Shown piece by piece: positions 20,330 to 32,065 of a DNA stretch of 64,000 bases. Under the pieces are notes generated by a model, which did no database searches, was not told the origin of the DNA, and was given only the letters and a program-made list of their open reading frames with translations. The stretch is from Podarcis cretensis (taxonomy: Eukaryota): contig OX638150.1 in the NCBI GenBank assembly GCA_951804945.1, positions 33,356,001 through 33,420,000 on the forward strand, written 5' to 3'. The stretch's first letter is position 1. The number at the start of each line of letters is the position of its first letter. The position numbers and the translations under genes are program-made.

Positions 20330-23300
20330 TACAAGTAGGTAACTTTTAATTAACATTGCAGAGTTCTTTTGCTAACCAATACTTCCTAATGAAGCATTAT
20401 AGAAGGCCACGCTAATGGGCCCTGGCATAGAAGCAACCTGTGTCTTCCTGACCCAATGTAAATGAAATAACCGTAGCAGGCATTAAAGAGAATCCTGTTT
20501 TTGAGATTGCTTTTAAACCAAAGAGTGTCAGAGCATGTTAATTGTTGCCCAGGGGAAGATCTAGGTGATGCCCTCTCATTACCTGTGCTGGCAAGCAATA
20601 AACAAATGCCCAGGGAATGCAGCCATGCAAGACTGTAAATGGTTTTAATTTGCCAGCAAGAACATCAGTGAATTTTCCATTACATTCATCTCAAGGGGAA
20701 CTATAGACCAGTGCTGAATATTCTTCTTTTTAGCATGGACTGCAGAAACCCAGGCCGCTCAAATGCAATTCAAAACAAATCAGCACACATCTAGCTTGTT
20801 GCCTTAACATGGCAAACAAGAGGTATGCTGATTTGTTTTGAACTTGAGTTAGCAGCTTTCATCCATTTCAGCTCGGAAAGGACTCAACTTCCTGCAGTTA
20901 GCAAATAACTCCACTAGACTACAATCTTGTTTGTCAACACAGGTTGCTAAAGAAGACTGCTCAAGCAGCTAAAAAATCTTCCTGTTTTTGATCACATGGT
21001 GTACCATGGATTCTAGTTATTAATTAGCATAAGGACATTTGCACCGTCAAGGCATTTCAAAACAGCCTGGAGGTCCAGCTACTGCATTATCATGCTCTCT
21101 CCAACAGTGAATAGTCAGCAAAGCTCACAAGGAGTTGCATGCAGGTGGGAAAATGTTTGCCTGTTGAGAGTGAGGGCAAGGGACATTGCTTACACTCTGA
21201 ATTGTCTTTGTACTGTTGTCACATAACCATATTTGAATGGTGATTTCATGTCATGGCAATTGTCCATTTATACTAAGACCGAAGAGCTTTGGCCTGGCTC
21301 TGAATTGAGTGGCCTGTATAGCTGGAAAGACGAAACCCTAGTTTTCAAACAAAGATGTAACTGAAGCAGCTGCCAATAAAGGCAGTGTGCAGGCATAAAA
21401 GAAGTAAATAGTCGGGCTATTAAAAGACAGCAGGACACCTCCTCCCCACAAGCCACTCTTTTCCTTCGAAAAGTTTGCAACCTTAGTTGAGACCCCTTTG
21501 ATCAAACCTGAAGAGAAGGAAGGTGATTTAACAGAAAAGAAATCCATTATGAAGTGTGAAACCTCAAGCATATTTGAACTTTTTATTGACTTATTTCCCT
21601 CCCCCCTCTTTATGTTCCATTATAGCCAGAAAAGTTGTATTGGTATGGTGATTGCTTAAGCATAGGCAACAAAACTTCAATGATTGTACCACAATGCTCT
21701 CCATGCCTGGCCCCCTATTCACATCCCACCTCAAGCTTATTCTAGCTGGATCAGTGCTCCACAAACATCTTGTCCTGCAGATGAATCTTGTATTGGCATG
21801 CTGAAATCCTAGATTAAGACACAGTTGGTAACTGGGATTTAACTTCATGCTGTACATACACTCTGTCTCTGCCATTCTAGCTTGGAAGGAGAGGTTGGCT
21901 GAATTGAAGATAACGCACCTATTAATACATTTATCTCTCTCTCTCTCTTGAGTTTTTAAAGCAAGTTTAAGCCCCAAAATGAAATGCTCCAAGGCCATCA
22001 AGCACAATAATAAAGTTTTATCATCACGGAGTCAGGATTCCCGACATCATATTCAAACAATGACCTCCATCATTTGCCTCCATTAAAGCAGTCCAGAACT
22101 TCCTCGTGAGTTTCGCAAAGTTCATTCAAACACCCTTTTCCACTGTGGAATCTGCACTTTCTGGAGTGCCCCTCAGTCGCAGGTATCCCATGTTTTTGTG
22201 TTTGTGGCTTGAGAGGTAGGCGCTGGGGACAGCAACAAAAGTCTGTGATCAAGCATATAACTAAGAGGTTGTCCATGATGATAACAAAGGAGAAACTGGA
22301 TTCCTCAAATGATTACTGAGGGGTCAAAGGAAAACGTCGTTTGGACTGAAGGAGGCAGAAACGCAAGTGGCAGAGACATCAGATTTGGAATGAAGGAACA
22401 TCTGGGCAGAAACAGACTGAGAATTGTGCTCTCCTAGTGCAAAGTGTAATGCTTCTTCAGAATCCTGAGCATCCAAGTTCAGGAGCTTTTTTTTTTTACA
22501 AGGCAAGTTTCTAGCCCGGCTAGTAATTTGGGCAAATTTGCTACTCAAGAATTAGAAGCCAGAAGAGGTTGGGCCAGACTTCCAGTGGTCAGGCTGTTGT
22601 TCTTGATGCTGTTACGCCTCCTTCCCATAACCAGTCTCAAAACGTATCAACTTTGCTCCAAAAATTGTAAGCAGAATGAAGGGTGCACAAAGAAGAATGT
22701 GTGTGCAGTTGGTCTTGCTGCTGCTGCTGCTTATTTTTACAGTCAGGAAGGTTTTCTAGTTGCAGACTTCTGAATATATGTATTCTCCCCCCCCCCCCAT
22801 AGTGTAACTGGAGGACAAGAGCAACTGAGGAAGAGACTGCCCTTCATTAAGGGACCCAGTGAAAGTGACTGTGGAAAAAGAAATTGGATTTCCTCCTCTA
22901 ATGTATAAAAGTGCTATACTTGCTGACCTATCCTGATTTCCAGAAGTGAGACTGTCATGCACGCAGTGCCACTGCAAGCCTTGGCAAAACGTTTTTGTGT
23001 TTTCCATGCAGGTTACGAAATAATTTGATTCCCTTCCCTCTGAAGGGACAATCTTCCATGAGTTAATTTTTATTTTATCCTAGCCTCTGTGTGTACCAAC
23101 ATAAAAGCACTGGAGAATGAAGACCCTTGAAAACTCAAGCCCTTCTTAAAAGATCTCCCATCTCCTGGGTACCCATCAAAACAAGGCCAGCTAGTGGCAG
23201 GGATGTCCCAGTTCTCCATCAGAGGCAGCAGACTCCAGGCAATGTTCAACATGATGGAGCGATTGGTTCTTCTGTAGGCCACCAAACAAGGAGATTCTTG

Positions 23301-23472
23301 CTTATGAATCTCTTTGGCTTAGGCAAAAACTAGAGAAGAGTTTCCAGGGAGACGTTTCCCCCCACCCCCATCAAAACTAATGTGCCCACAAAGCCATTTT
23401 GCATGGGAGGTTTTCCATAGCAGCTGGAGAAGGAGCAAGAGAACAGTTTGCATGACACCAACAAGAGTCTTC
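20330..23472 (-). other. EPN3: Probable long EPN3 3' UTR
   Basis: No recognisable TE downstream of the stop. Candidate minus-strand poly(A) signals: AATAAA at 23074-23069 and 21587-21582, ATTAAA at 20350-20345. The end point is uncertain. Confidence 0.45.
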
Positions 23473-23798
23473 TCAGAGGAAAGGGTTCATACCGCCTTGA
23501 GAAGGTAGTGGCGGGGGACCTGAGCCAGACAGTGGTAGGAGAGGTTGAGGCAAGTTGCCAGGTAGCTCTGGGAAAGGCCCTGCTCCAGTCTGAGGGAAGG
23601 CACTCATGGAGGCCGGGAGGGCCATTGCTGGTGGGATGCTGCTGAGTGGGAGAGGGAGTGAAGCACTGTAGGTCATGGAGTTCATGGTCATCCCCATAGC
23701 TATAGTGGGCACTGGGGAGCTGGTCCGCATCTGGTTGAGAGTTGGTTTGGGCTGGTCCATGACGTTGAATGGGTTGGTGGGAGAAGGTGTGCTGAGAC
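23473..23798 (-). CDS. EPN3: EPN3 last coding exon (TNPF...PTLNQMR...GMNPFL stop)
   Basis: Two NPF motifs and the C-terminal NPFL typical of epsins; ttccag acceptor; TGA at 23475-23473. The joined CDS is 1935 nt in one frame. Confidence 0.95.
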
Positions 23799-23989
23799 CT
23801 GGAAGAAGGAGAGGGAGGGAGAGAAGCCATCAGTACAACATTCCAAAGGTCAGAGGCCAAGGAAGTGAAGCTCCCCTCCCCGTTTTTTAAAAATGCTCAC
23901 AAATATGGCAGTATCTACAACCATGTGACCCAAACACTCTAATGTTAAATAAGGAAAGTGTGGAAACGTGTTGCTGAGGGTTCCCATTT

Positions 23990-24210
23990 TGCCACATATT
24001 TTGAGTTCCAAGTTTTGGAGTCAAAAGCAGAGAAGGCCTGAGCACCAATCACGGCAACTGGCAAATACCAACATGCCCAGTATGGAAGAAGTCTGAAATT
24101 TCTGACAAGGACTGGTTTCAGTGAAGAAATGGGCCCAGTAAAAAGAGGAGAGGAGGAAGAATAGCAGCTCTGTGTGGCAGGCGTTAGGGAGCGGACTGTA
24201 CAATGGGGAA
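23990..24210 (-). mobile_element. Old L2 LINE 3' fragment in the last EPN3 intron
   Basis: Minus strand resembles the L2 3' coding end (…QAFSAF…TWNS) seen in the younger L2 at 38.4-38.6 kb; strongly diverged. Confidence 0.45.
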
Positions 24211-24580
24211 CTAATGTGCTAGGCTGAGTGCAATCAAATGTGGGCACCAAACAAGATTGAGACAAGGCATGTTGCTGCCTGAAGCAAATGGTAAGATGGA
24301 GCCCCCCCCCATTCCATATATAAACACTGACCAAACTGATTAGACTGGCAATAAGAAAGCATCTTCTACTGCACCTGAGGTCAGTAGGCTAGCTCCAGGA
24401 GTGTAGGGCAGCCATGTGACACACACGGTTCTGTCCATCATATGAACACTACCTCCCATCTGCTGCCTGGGGCAACTGCCACCCCAGTTGGCCTAATGGT
24501 AGGGCCAGCCACGTTACAAAACTCTGGGCAAAACTGTGGGACAGAATTGCTAATTGATCTATTCTGCCTATAAGGCCTAC

Positions 24581-24811
24581 CTGCCAGAAATGGATTACGA
24601 GACATCAGGTTCTGAGGGGCTGTGACCAAGGAGTCCAGATTAACCAGAGAAGAGGCATTTGGGCCAAGAAAGGCCTCTGGCGTTTTGCTGTCTTTCTTCT
24701 CCTTCTTTGAATCAGGAAGAGAGTCTCCTAAACCTGCAATATCAAAAACGTCCTTATTCTTGACTCCATTCTCTTTCGTGCTTGGAATAAGGTCACCAAA
24801 CAGGTCCACAT
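24581..24811 (-). CDS. EPN3: EPN3 coding exon 8 (KTPEAFLGPNASSLVNLDSLV...RNPFLA)
   Basis: Epsin KTPESFLG/LVNLD clathrin box and NPF motif; 231 bp, phase 1 to 1. Confidence 0.94.
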
Positions 24812-26263
24812 CTACCAACAATAAGAGAGAGAGAGGGAGGATGTGTTATTTCTGTTCCTTTTCACTGAGATACTCCATGGTTTGCCCCACATTTCCTGCT
24901 GGGTTCTCATTTAATCAATTAATTATTCAGTCCTTTTTTAGATGTACTGTATTGGCTCATCTTCAGATGAAGTTCTCAGAGTGGCTAATGATAAAAAAGA
25001 TGAAATGAATGAAAACAATAGCTTGATATAATAAAAAAAAATCACTACAGTGGAAACACAAAAACAGAAAGCAAATGGAATAACTCAGTTGTGTGTGTCT
25101 GATCATTCTGTCAGTGCAAGCATTTCTGTTTCCCAAATAGAATGATCCCTCTCCTCCCCCTGCACAGCTTCTCCTTAACCTCCTGAATGGATTTGGGGGA
25201 GTTGTGAGGAGAGGAGATGGGGAAGCCTTATTGCCCTAGTGGGAAACCTTGCATTAGCTTCCGCTAGCATGCCTGCTTAGTTGGGCCAGAGCAACAATAA
25301 AACTCCATCTCAAAGATTCTTATGCATTCTAATATAACTACAAGGACTGGACAAATACAAAGGTGTTAAGTTGACATCAGAAAGAGAAAGAGAATGGCAC
25401 CAAGCAAATCTCTCTTGAGAAGGTATCCCAAAGGTGAGGCACCAGTTGATGATCATAACATTTGGAGAAGGGCCTAAGAAGGGCCAATCAGGCTCCTGCA
25501 GGAGGAGGAATCCTCTAGGTCAGCCTTCCACAAGTCGGTGGTCTTGAGGTCTTTTGGACTACTACTCTCATCAGCTCCAGCCAACCAGCATAGCCAGTGG
25601 TCAGGGATAATAGGAGTTGTAGTCCAACAACATCTGGGGGAGGCACCAGATTGATGAAACCATTTAGGGCTTGAAAAAGGCTAAAACAAGCACATTGGAC
25701 ATGGAATCTATTTCACGCTGCATTCTGCCACAATCCTTTATACTTAAGATTCCACCATTTCCAAAGATGCACTTCCGTACATCTTTAGGAGAGGGGTGTG
25801 TGTGACTTACATTAGCAGGTGTACAACCTACCAGTTCAATCTCCAGTTAAAAGCAACTTAATTTCCAGAATAGGGAAAGATATGTGCCTAAATGCCCCTG
25901 GAAGGCTGCTGCCCATAACAATAAGCATTGCTGCTGTGGATGTGTCATTGCTCAAAGTATAAAGCATTGCTTACATAATTGTCCTAATGCTCAGCGCTGC
26001 CTTCCTTTACCACACATTTGTTGCTGTCTCATTGTTCAAGTCCCACTTTAAAGCTTCTTCTCTAAGGCGTTTCGCTCCCTCCCAAACTCTACTGCAAATT
26101 GGGATTGCTGCTAGAAACCTTTTGTGGGTAAAGCATTCTAATATAACCTTTGAACATGGACATTTTTTTAAAAAAAATCCATCTTAGGAGCTCCTAATGT
26201 TTGCCATCTCTAGTCCTACTCACTGCCAATGTGGGAAATCAGACCAGAATGGAAACTCTAGAG

Positions 26264-26399
26264 CAGCTTTCCCCAACCTTGTGCCATCCAGATTTTTTGG
26301 ACTACAATTCCAATCAACCCCAGGCCCTGTGGCCAATAATCAGGGATTATGAGAATGGGAGCCCAACACATCTGGAGGGCACCAGGTTGGGGAAAGCTG
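26264..26399. mobile_element. Short palindromic hAT-like MITE
   Basis: Perfect 16-bp TIR CAGCTTTCCCCAACCT; degenerate 8-bp TSD ctctagag / ctctgaag. Confidence 0.82.
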
Positions 26400-26618
26400 C
26401 TCTGAAGCTTTAAGACTAGAACTAATCATCAAAACATGATAGGTGTAAGCAAGGGCAAAGCCATGGACTTATTTTCCAGCAGGATGCATACTATGAAACA
26501 AAAGAAGTGGGAAAAGAAAAGTAGTATGTGTGAAATTTACCTCTATGGCAGCCGTCAAAATTATAGGATCAAAATGATGCCTGAAAGTGCATATGGAGGA
26601 CCTGTCCCTTTCACTTAC

Positions 26619-26708
26619 CTACTGGGCTGTTGGATTTCCCAGAACTGTCATGTTCTGGCTGATCCATGTTTTCAGGTAGTTTTGCAAACAAGTCAAAAGC
26701 AGCACTGC
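26619..26708 (-). CDS. EPN3: EPN3 coding exon 7 (SAAFDLFAKLPENMDQPEHDSSGKSNSPV)
   Basis: Not in the ORF track; translated manually. catag acceptor, gtaagt donor; 90 bp, phase 1 to 1; matches the EPN3 FD.FAK...SPV segment. Confidence 0.85.
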   Translation of the reverse strand, partial: AVLLLTCLQNYLKTWISQNMTVLGNPTAQ

Positions 26709-27212
26709 CTATGGAGGAGTTGAAGACAGAAAGAAAGCTTAGGGGAGGGGGCGCTAAATGAGTTGGGCCTACCCCCTTTTAAGTGAGTAGGACTGGCTCT
26801 GTCCACCCTATCTCAACACCACTGCTGAGTTCGGGGAAAGCAGGGCTAACAATAAATCCCCAACGTTGTCCTTCCCAATGAAAACCAAGAACAGGGGAAA
26901 GAGTTCCCACAGGCATTCCCTTTGGGAGCTCTCGAAAAGTGGTGGCCGGGAATGTGCTTATCCTCTCCCTCCATCATCAGTTTGTTGCTTGGAACTGGGA
27001 GCCAATCAGCAGCAGCGGGGAAGAGGTGGTCCTGCTGCTGACGCTACATGAAGCTGCACATGGAACTCTCTCGTGTCAATAGATGAAAGAGATACACATG
27101 CACAACCTGGCACGATAGCTGCTGGTCCCATCTCTATTACATGTGCTTCTAGGCTCTCTCCTATGGTTTGCCACTGGGGTACTCACCTGGAGAGATCTGC
27201 TTCTCACCCTAG

Positions 27213-27402
27213 GTAAAGGTAAAGACACCCCTGACCATTAGGTCCAGTCGTGGCCGTCTCTGGGGTTGCGGCGCTCATCTCACTTGGCAGGAGCAGGGAC
27301 CGAGCAACGGGAGCTCACCCTGTCACGGGGATTCGAACCGCCAACCTTCTGATCGGCAAGTTCTAGGCTCTGTGGTTTAACCCACAGGGCCACCCGCGTC
27401 CC
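27213..27402 (-). mobile_element. Internally deleted Sauria SINE
   Basis: Head and ACCTTT tail present, central region missing; 14-bp TSD GCTTCTCACCCTAG (27199-27212 and 27403-27416). Confidence 0.88.
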
Positions 27403-27568
27403 GCTTCTCACCCTAGCTGAGTAGATAAACAGCACATGACATGGCTCACATAAAGCAAGAGAGTTGGGGAAATTGCAGCTGGCAGTTTTGAAGGAAGGAA
27501 TGGGAAACCAGACAATTCTACAGATTAGGTGGCATTGAGGACTACAAGTGAAAAACAGCTTCTCTTAC

Positions 27569-27883
27569 CAGACATGGAAGACTTCTCCACAGTGCCTCCC
27601 CAAGGGTCAGCAGCAGAAGCAGTGCCTGCAGGAACTAGTGCAGGGGGTGAGGACTTTCCCCAGGGGTCCGAAGAAGAGACACTTGAAGGCAGGGATTTGA
27701 CCCCCCACGGATCAGAAGAGGAAGCAGAGGAGGAAGAGGCATGAGGAAGGTTCCAGGGCCCTGGAGAGGCTTGATTGGTAGAACATGCTGTCTTACTTAG
27801 AGCATCCCCTGAAGATACGGGCACCCAAGGGTCTGCCGTGGGGCCCCAGGATGTTCCTGTCGATTCCACAGTGGACTTGGTAT
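27569..27883 (-). CDS. EPN3: EPN3 coding exon 6 (DPW-repeat region)
   Basis: Four DPW motifs; ctccag acceptor, gtaag donor; 315 bp, phase 1 to 1. Confidence 0.92.
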
Positions 27884-28062
27884 CTGGAGGGGGAGAAAGG
27901 AGTGTCAAGGGAAACAAAATGAAGACAGAATGTGGACAGGGAAAATGAAAAAGGAATAAATAAAGAACGAGTATTGATGAAACTAGAAGCAGATGAATGG
28001 GTACAGCATTAGAGATGTTACCTGGTTTAAGAAATCTTAGTTGATCAGTTGCATGAGAATTA

Positions 28063-28308
28063 CCGTATTTTTTGCTCTATAAGACTCACTTTTTCCCTCC
28101 TAAAAGGTAAGGGGAAATGTGTGTGTGTCTTATGGAGCGAATGCAGGCTGCGCAGCTATCCCAGAAGCCAGAACAGCAAGTGGGATTGCTGCTTTCGCGG
28201 CGCAGTGATCCCTCTTGCTGTTCTGCCTTCTGAGATTCAGAATATTTTTTTCCTTGTTTTCCTCCTTCAAAAACTGGTCTGGTGCGTCTTATAGAGTGAA
28301 AAATATGG
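28063..28308. mobile_element. Tc1/mariner (pogo-like) MITE
   Basis: TA|CCGTATTTTTTGCTCTATAAGAC ... GTCTTATAGAGTGAAAAATATGG|TA termini; related to 60469-61883. Confidence 0.85.
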
Positions 28309-28751
28309 TAATTGATTAAATGTGCACAAGTCTGCACATCAACGTGTTTTGAAGAGTGGGGAACATGTTTAGATGATGGACATATATGACCCAAAAGGGA
28401 CTATTGTAGAAGGAACATCCCAAGCGTGAGACACAAGGTGGGGGCAGGAGAGAAAGTCCCATCTTCCAAGATGGCACCTGCTTGTAGTAATAATTAACAT
28501 GTTTAAAGAGAAAAATCTGCCTACCCCTCCAGTAACCCTCCAGTAACCATAGCAAACAATGGGTTAACATTTGCCCAAGCTGGCTGAAAGCATGGGTGGA
28601 ATGGGAGAGGTGTGTGGGTGGAATGGAGAAAGAAGAAAGAGGCTGCAAAGATCCTTACTGTTATGCTCCCAAGAAGTAGACAAGGACAGAGCTGGAGGAG
28701 AGAAGGCTGCATCATGATTCCAAACCTCAACAGATCGATTGTTGCCCCCAC

Positions 28752-28836
28752 CTGGAATATCCCATGGGTCAGCTGAAGTGTGGGTAGAAGTGATCGGTGC
28801 CGGTCCAAAAATGTCTGCCAGCTCCAGCACAGAAGA
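28752..28836 (-). CDS. EPN3: EPN3 coding exon 5 (clathrin-box-like VLELAD and first DPW)
   Basis: SSVLELADIFGPAPITSTHTSADPWDIP; 85 bp, phase 0 to 1; AG/GT boundaries. Confidence 0.92.
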
Positions 28837-29206
28837 CTGGAAAGATACAAAGGGATAAAGTGTATTAGGACCTAGAGATCCCAAGAACATGTGCACTTCA
28901 AACTGCACCAAGACTGTACAGGTTTGGAAGCTATCAAAAAAGCAGAGGGCTTCCCTCTACTCTCCCGAGGCATGGTGTTGCAATTTCTCCCTCCCTTAAG
29001 AGCTTTAGAAAGTAAAATTCTACACAAGATTCCAGGCTATGAGTGTGTGAATGGTCTCTTAATTGCTTGATGCTGTTGGATTGTTAGAGCTAACACCAAT
29101 GCATGGAAGAAGCATTGGTACCTCATGTAAGCTCTTCTGAGTGTAGCAGGATCTATGTGCAATAAACAGATGAATGAAAACCACCAGTGGACTTGGCTCC
29201 AGAATA

Positions 29207-29437
29207 CAGTGGTACCTCGGGTTAAGAACTTAATTCGTTCCGGTGGTCCATTCTTAACCTGAAACTGTTCTTAACCTGAGGTACCACTTTAGCTAATGGG
29301 GCCTCCTGCTGCCACCGCAAGATTTCTGTTCTCATCCTGAGGTAAAGTTCTTAACCTGAGGTACTATTTCTGGGTTAGCTGAATCTGTAACCCGAAGCAT
29401 CTGTAACCTGAAGGGTCTGTAACCTGAAGTACCACTG
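29207..29437. mobile_element. Tigger/pogo-like MITE
   Basis: TA|CAGTGGTACCTCGGGTTA ... TAACCTGAAGTACCACTG|TA termini. Confidence 0.87.
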
Positions 29438-29712
29438 TAAATGGAGTATGAGCAACTGACCAGTTTTCTTCAGTTTGACTGTTAATTTTAGGGGCAACTC
29501 TCAGGACAAATTCTCACTCTGTAACCAGCAGTGAGTGGGAAGGACTTCAGCCCCAGGATTACCAATTTGCAATTCCATCTGAAGCAGCAGCCACCGTAGA
29601 TACTTCAGAGAGATCAATGGGGCTAGCACAGGTGGAATACAAAATGGCACACACCAAAGCAAGTATTTATGTATGTCCACCACAATATAACCAAGCAGCT
29701 GGTGCCTCCTAC

Positions 29713-29817
29713 CTGACTTTTCTTGGTCTTTTCTTCTTCTTCTTCTTCCACACCCTGGTGACTTTCTTCCAATGCCCTCTGCAGTAGTGAGTTTTCTCCT
29801 TGCCATGCCCTCACTTC
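29713..29817 (-). CDS. EPN3: EPN3 coding exon 4 (EVRAWQGENSLLQRALEESHQGVEEEEEEKTKKSQ)
   Basis: ttacag acceptor, gtagg donor; 105 bp, phase 0; resembles the EPN3 EVRSWQG segment. Confidence 0.88.
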
Positions 29818-30623
29818 CTGTAATCAAAATGAACAGCCAACGGGGTATGAGCTGAATACAAGAAAAATGAAAGATTATTTCATACTGGTCATGGCCATCA
29901 TTTAGGTAAGCGTGGCAACTGCCCTTTCCATTTCCATACTTCTATACCCCATGTTAAACTGTTCTCTGTTAGGAACAGTTAGTTTTTAGAACAATGTAAG
30001 TTATATTTAAAAAATACCAGCCAGAAAAGACCCAGAAGGCAGAAAGAAGCGGACATAGCTGGGCGTGAGGTAGGAATTGGGGGAGGGTGGGTCTAGAATT
30101 CTTTCATCTTAAAAAGAAAAGTGAGAAGGTTTTGAGTCCAAGGGCCAGTTGCAATTTTACATATACTTACTTGGAAATAAGCCCCATTGAGCCCCATGGG
30201 GCTTATTTTCAAGAAGATATGCTTTGGATTATGTTTGGTGTTTCATTATCAATGTGAAAAGAGGCAATTTCACCATCCTTGGACTGATTTTCAAATGTTG
30301 GGTTTCGACAAATTTCCACAACTGATCAGAGTTATCCAGAGATACCCAGTCTTGAGTTCCCAAGTCTCTGAAACTATCTCCTATGTGAGTCAATATTTCT
30401 TTCAGAACCGTGAGGACCACATGGATATTTTCTGGAAATACCAACTCTGAGGCCTGTGGCAAACGGAACAAGATGTACAGAATTTCTAGACTCTTCTGGA
30501 GATAGCAGCATTGTCTCAGAAAGGAGCCACCAAGCTTAGGCCAAAAGCTTTCCCACTTAAAGAGGCGTGAATTCAAGAAGAGGAAAGTTAAAAGTGCCCT
30601 TTCACCACCTGGGTTTGGGATAC

Positions 30624-30707
30624 CTTCTCATGCTCCTGTTTGCTCAGGGTAAGCGCTATCTGTAATTGCAAGTCTTCATCTGTGCTGGAGACTGGAGGAA
30701 GTGGCTG
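30624..30707 (-). CDS. EPN3: EPN3 coding exon 3 (UIM2: (Q)PLPPVSSTDEDLQLQIALTLSKQEHEK)
   Basis: UIM motif DEDLQLQ.AL.LS; CAGCAG tandem acceptor giving 84 or 81 bp; gtatc donor. Confidence 0.92.
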
Positions 30708-31959
30708 CTGACAATGAAGGAGAATGGGGTAAAAGTTTGTTCCTGCTCCAGGGCTTTGGATTCAGTCATTCATTTCTGGGTCACAACCTTCCAAACCCAC
30801 CCCCTTACCCTTTATAATCAAAGAGCAAGATGGCTTTGAATCCAGCCATGCAACTGTTCAACTAGCTTTGCCCATTTAGATACCCATCCCACAAATCTTT
30901 AATGCCTATTCTTTCACAAAGTTTGCAGTCCCTCCCCTCCAACCCTTGCTTCTATTTCTTTCCACCCACACCCATATATTTACACATGGCTTGCTTACAA
31001 TAATGCTAAATCACCTCTCAGCAAAAAAATAATAATAAAAAGCAGCTGCTGCCCAAACATTAAAAATACAAGCATCCAAATAAATCCATAAAACAGTAAC
31101 TAAATAAAAGCAACCGTCACCAGGACATGAATGAGAGCAGCTAGGTTTCTATATTTCAGTCATAGGAGGTGCAGATGGTGAACTAACTAGAGCTGGCACT
31201 CTGATTCATGGCCACCACCTGAGAATCTAGGAGCATCCTCAAACTATGAACCTTATGGATGTGTGTGATCCTAATCAAGCACTGGCATTTCCTCAGCCAA
31301 CAGACATTTCAGCCAAGTTCTCCAGATACTAATCTCTCAAGTCCTTGCCCTGAAATGGCAGGAGTTACTTTCATTTAATTTGTTAAAGATTTCTACACTA
31401 CCCTTTGATTACAATTGTCCGGATACTTTACAATAGGTAAAGGTTAAAGACTGGCCTACAGTTACCCAAGGTCAGCCAGGTCTATTGGGGCTCCCCCCCC
31501 CCCCCCCGCTTCCCAGCAGGAGATGAATCATTTCCTCATTTGAGACAGAAACCCTAAAAGCAGTATTCACTCTTCTGCCATTCAGACTGGCCAGCCTTCC
31601 TTAGCTGGTCACCTTCTGCCAGGAAGGTCAATAACTGAAGAGGCATAGGGTTGTATTCAGTGCTGAGCCTGCTGTGCCCTGCTCATGAAACAGAACTTCT
31701 TCCTCCTCTCCTCCTCCTGGTCTGTATGCCCCAGAATTCTGCTCCAGAGGGTCCCCTAACTCTCTGGAGCACATCTTGACTGTGTCTGGGATGCAGGGGG
31801 AAGAAAAGGAAGGGGAAATCCTATTGTATGAGCAGAACAGCAGCATTGGCTACAACCCATGTTCTGCTTCTGTCCCAGAAATGTCTCAGTACCTCATCTG
31901 CTCAGTACCTCAAGTGAAATCAACGGAAGCTCATCCAAGCAACCTTGAGTAGCAGTGGC

Positions 31960-32065
31960 AGGACACTGAGCTCAATGTGACATCCAAGTCATGGCAGATG
32001 TGACTCAGTTTATCTGCAAAATGTTTTGCAAAGAAGTTGCAGTAGGCTACTGATGGTTCTGTGGC
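31960..32065 (-). mobile_element. Small L2 ORF2 remnant
   Basis: Translates CNFFAKHFADKLSHICHDLD, homologous to CNDFAKFFADKITHIRKELD in the L2 at 37.3 kb. Confidence 0.6.

Noticed and set aside
31612-31784. Strong minus-strand acceptor at 31785 suggesting an extra EPN3 exon
   Set aside because: In the required phase 0 it reaches a TAG after 9 codons; it has no epsin-like motif and there is no transcript evidence.
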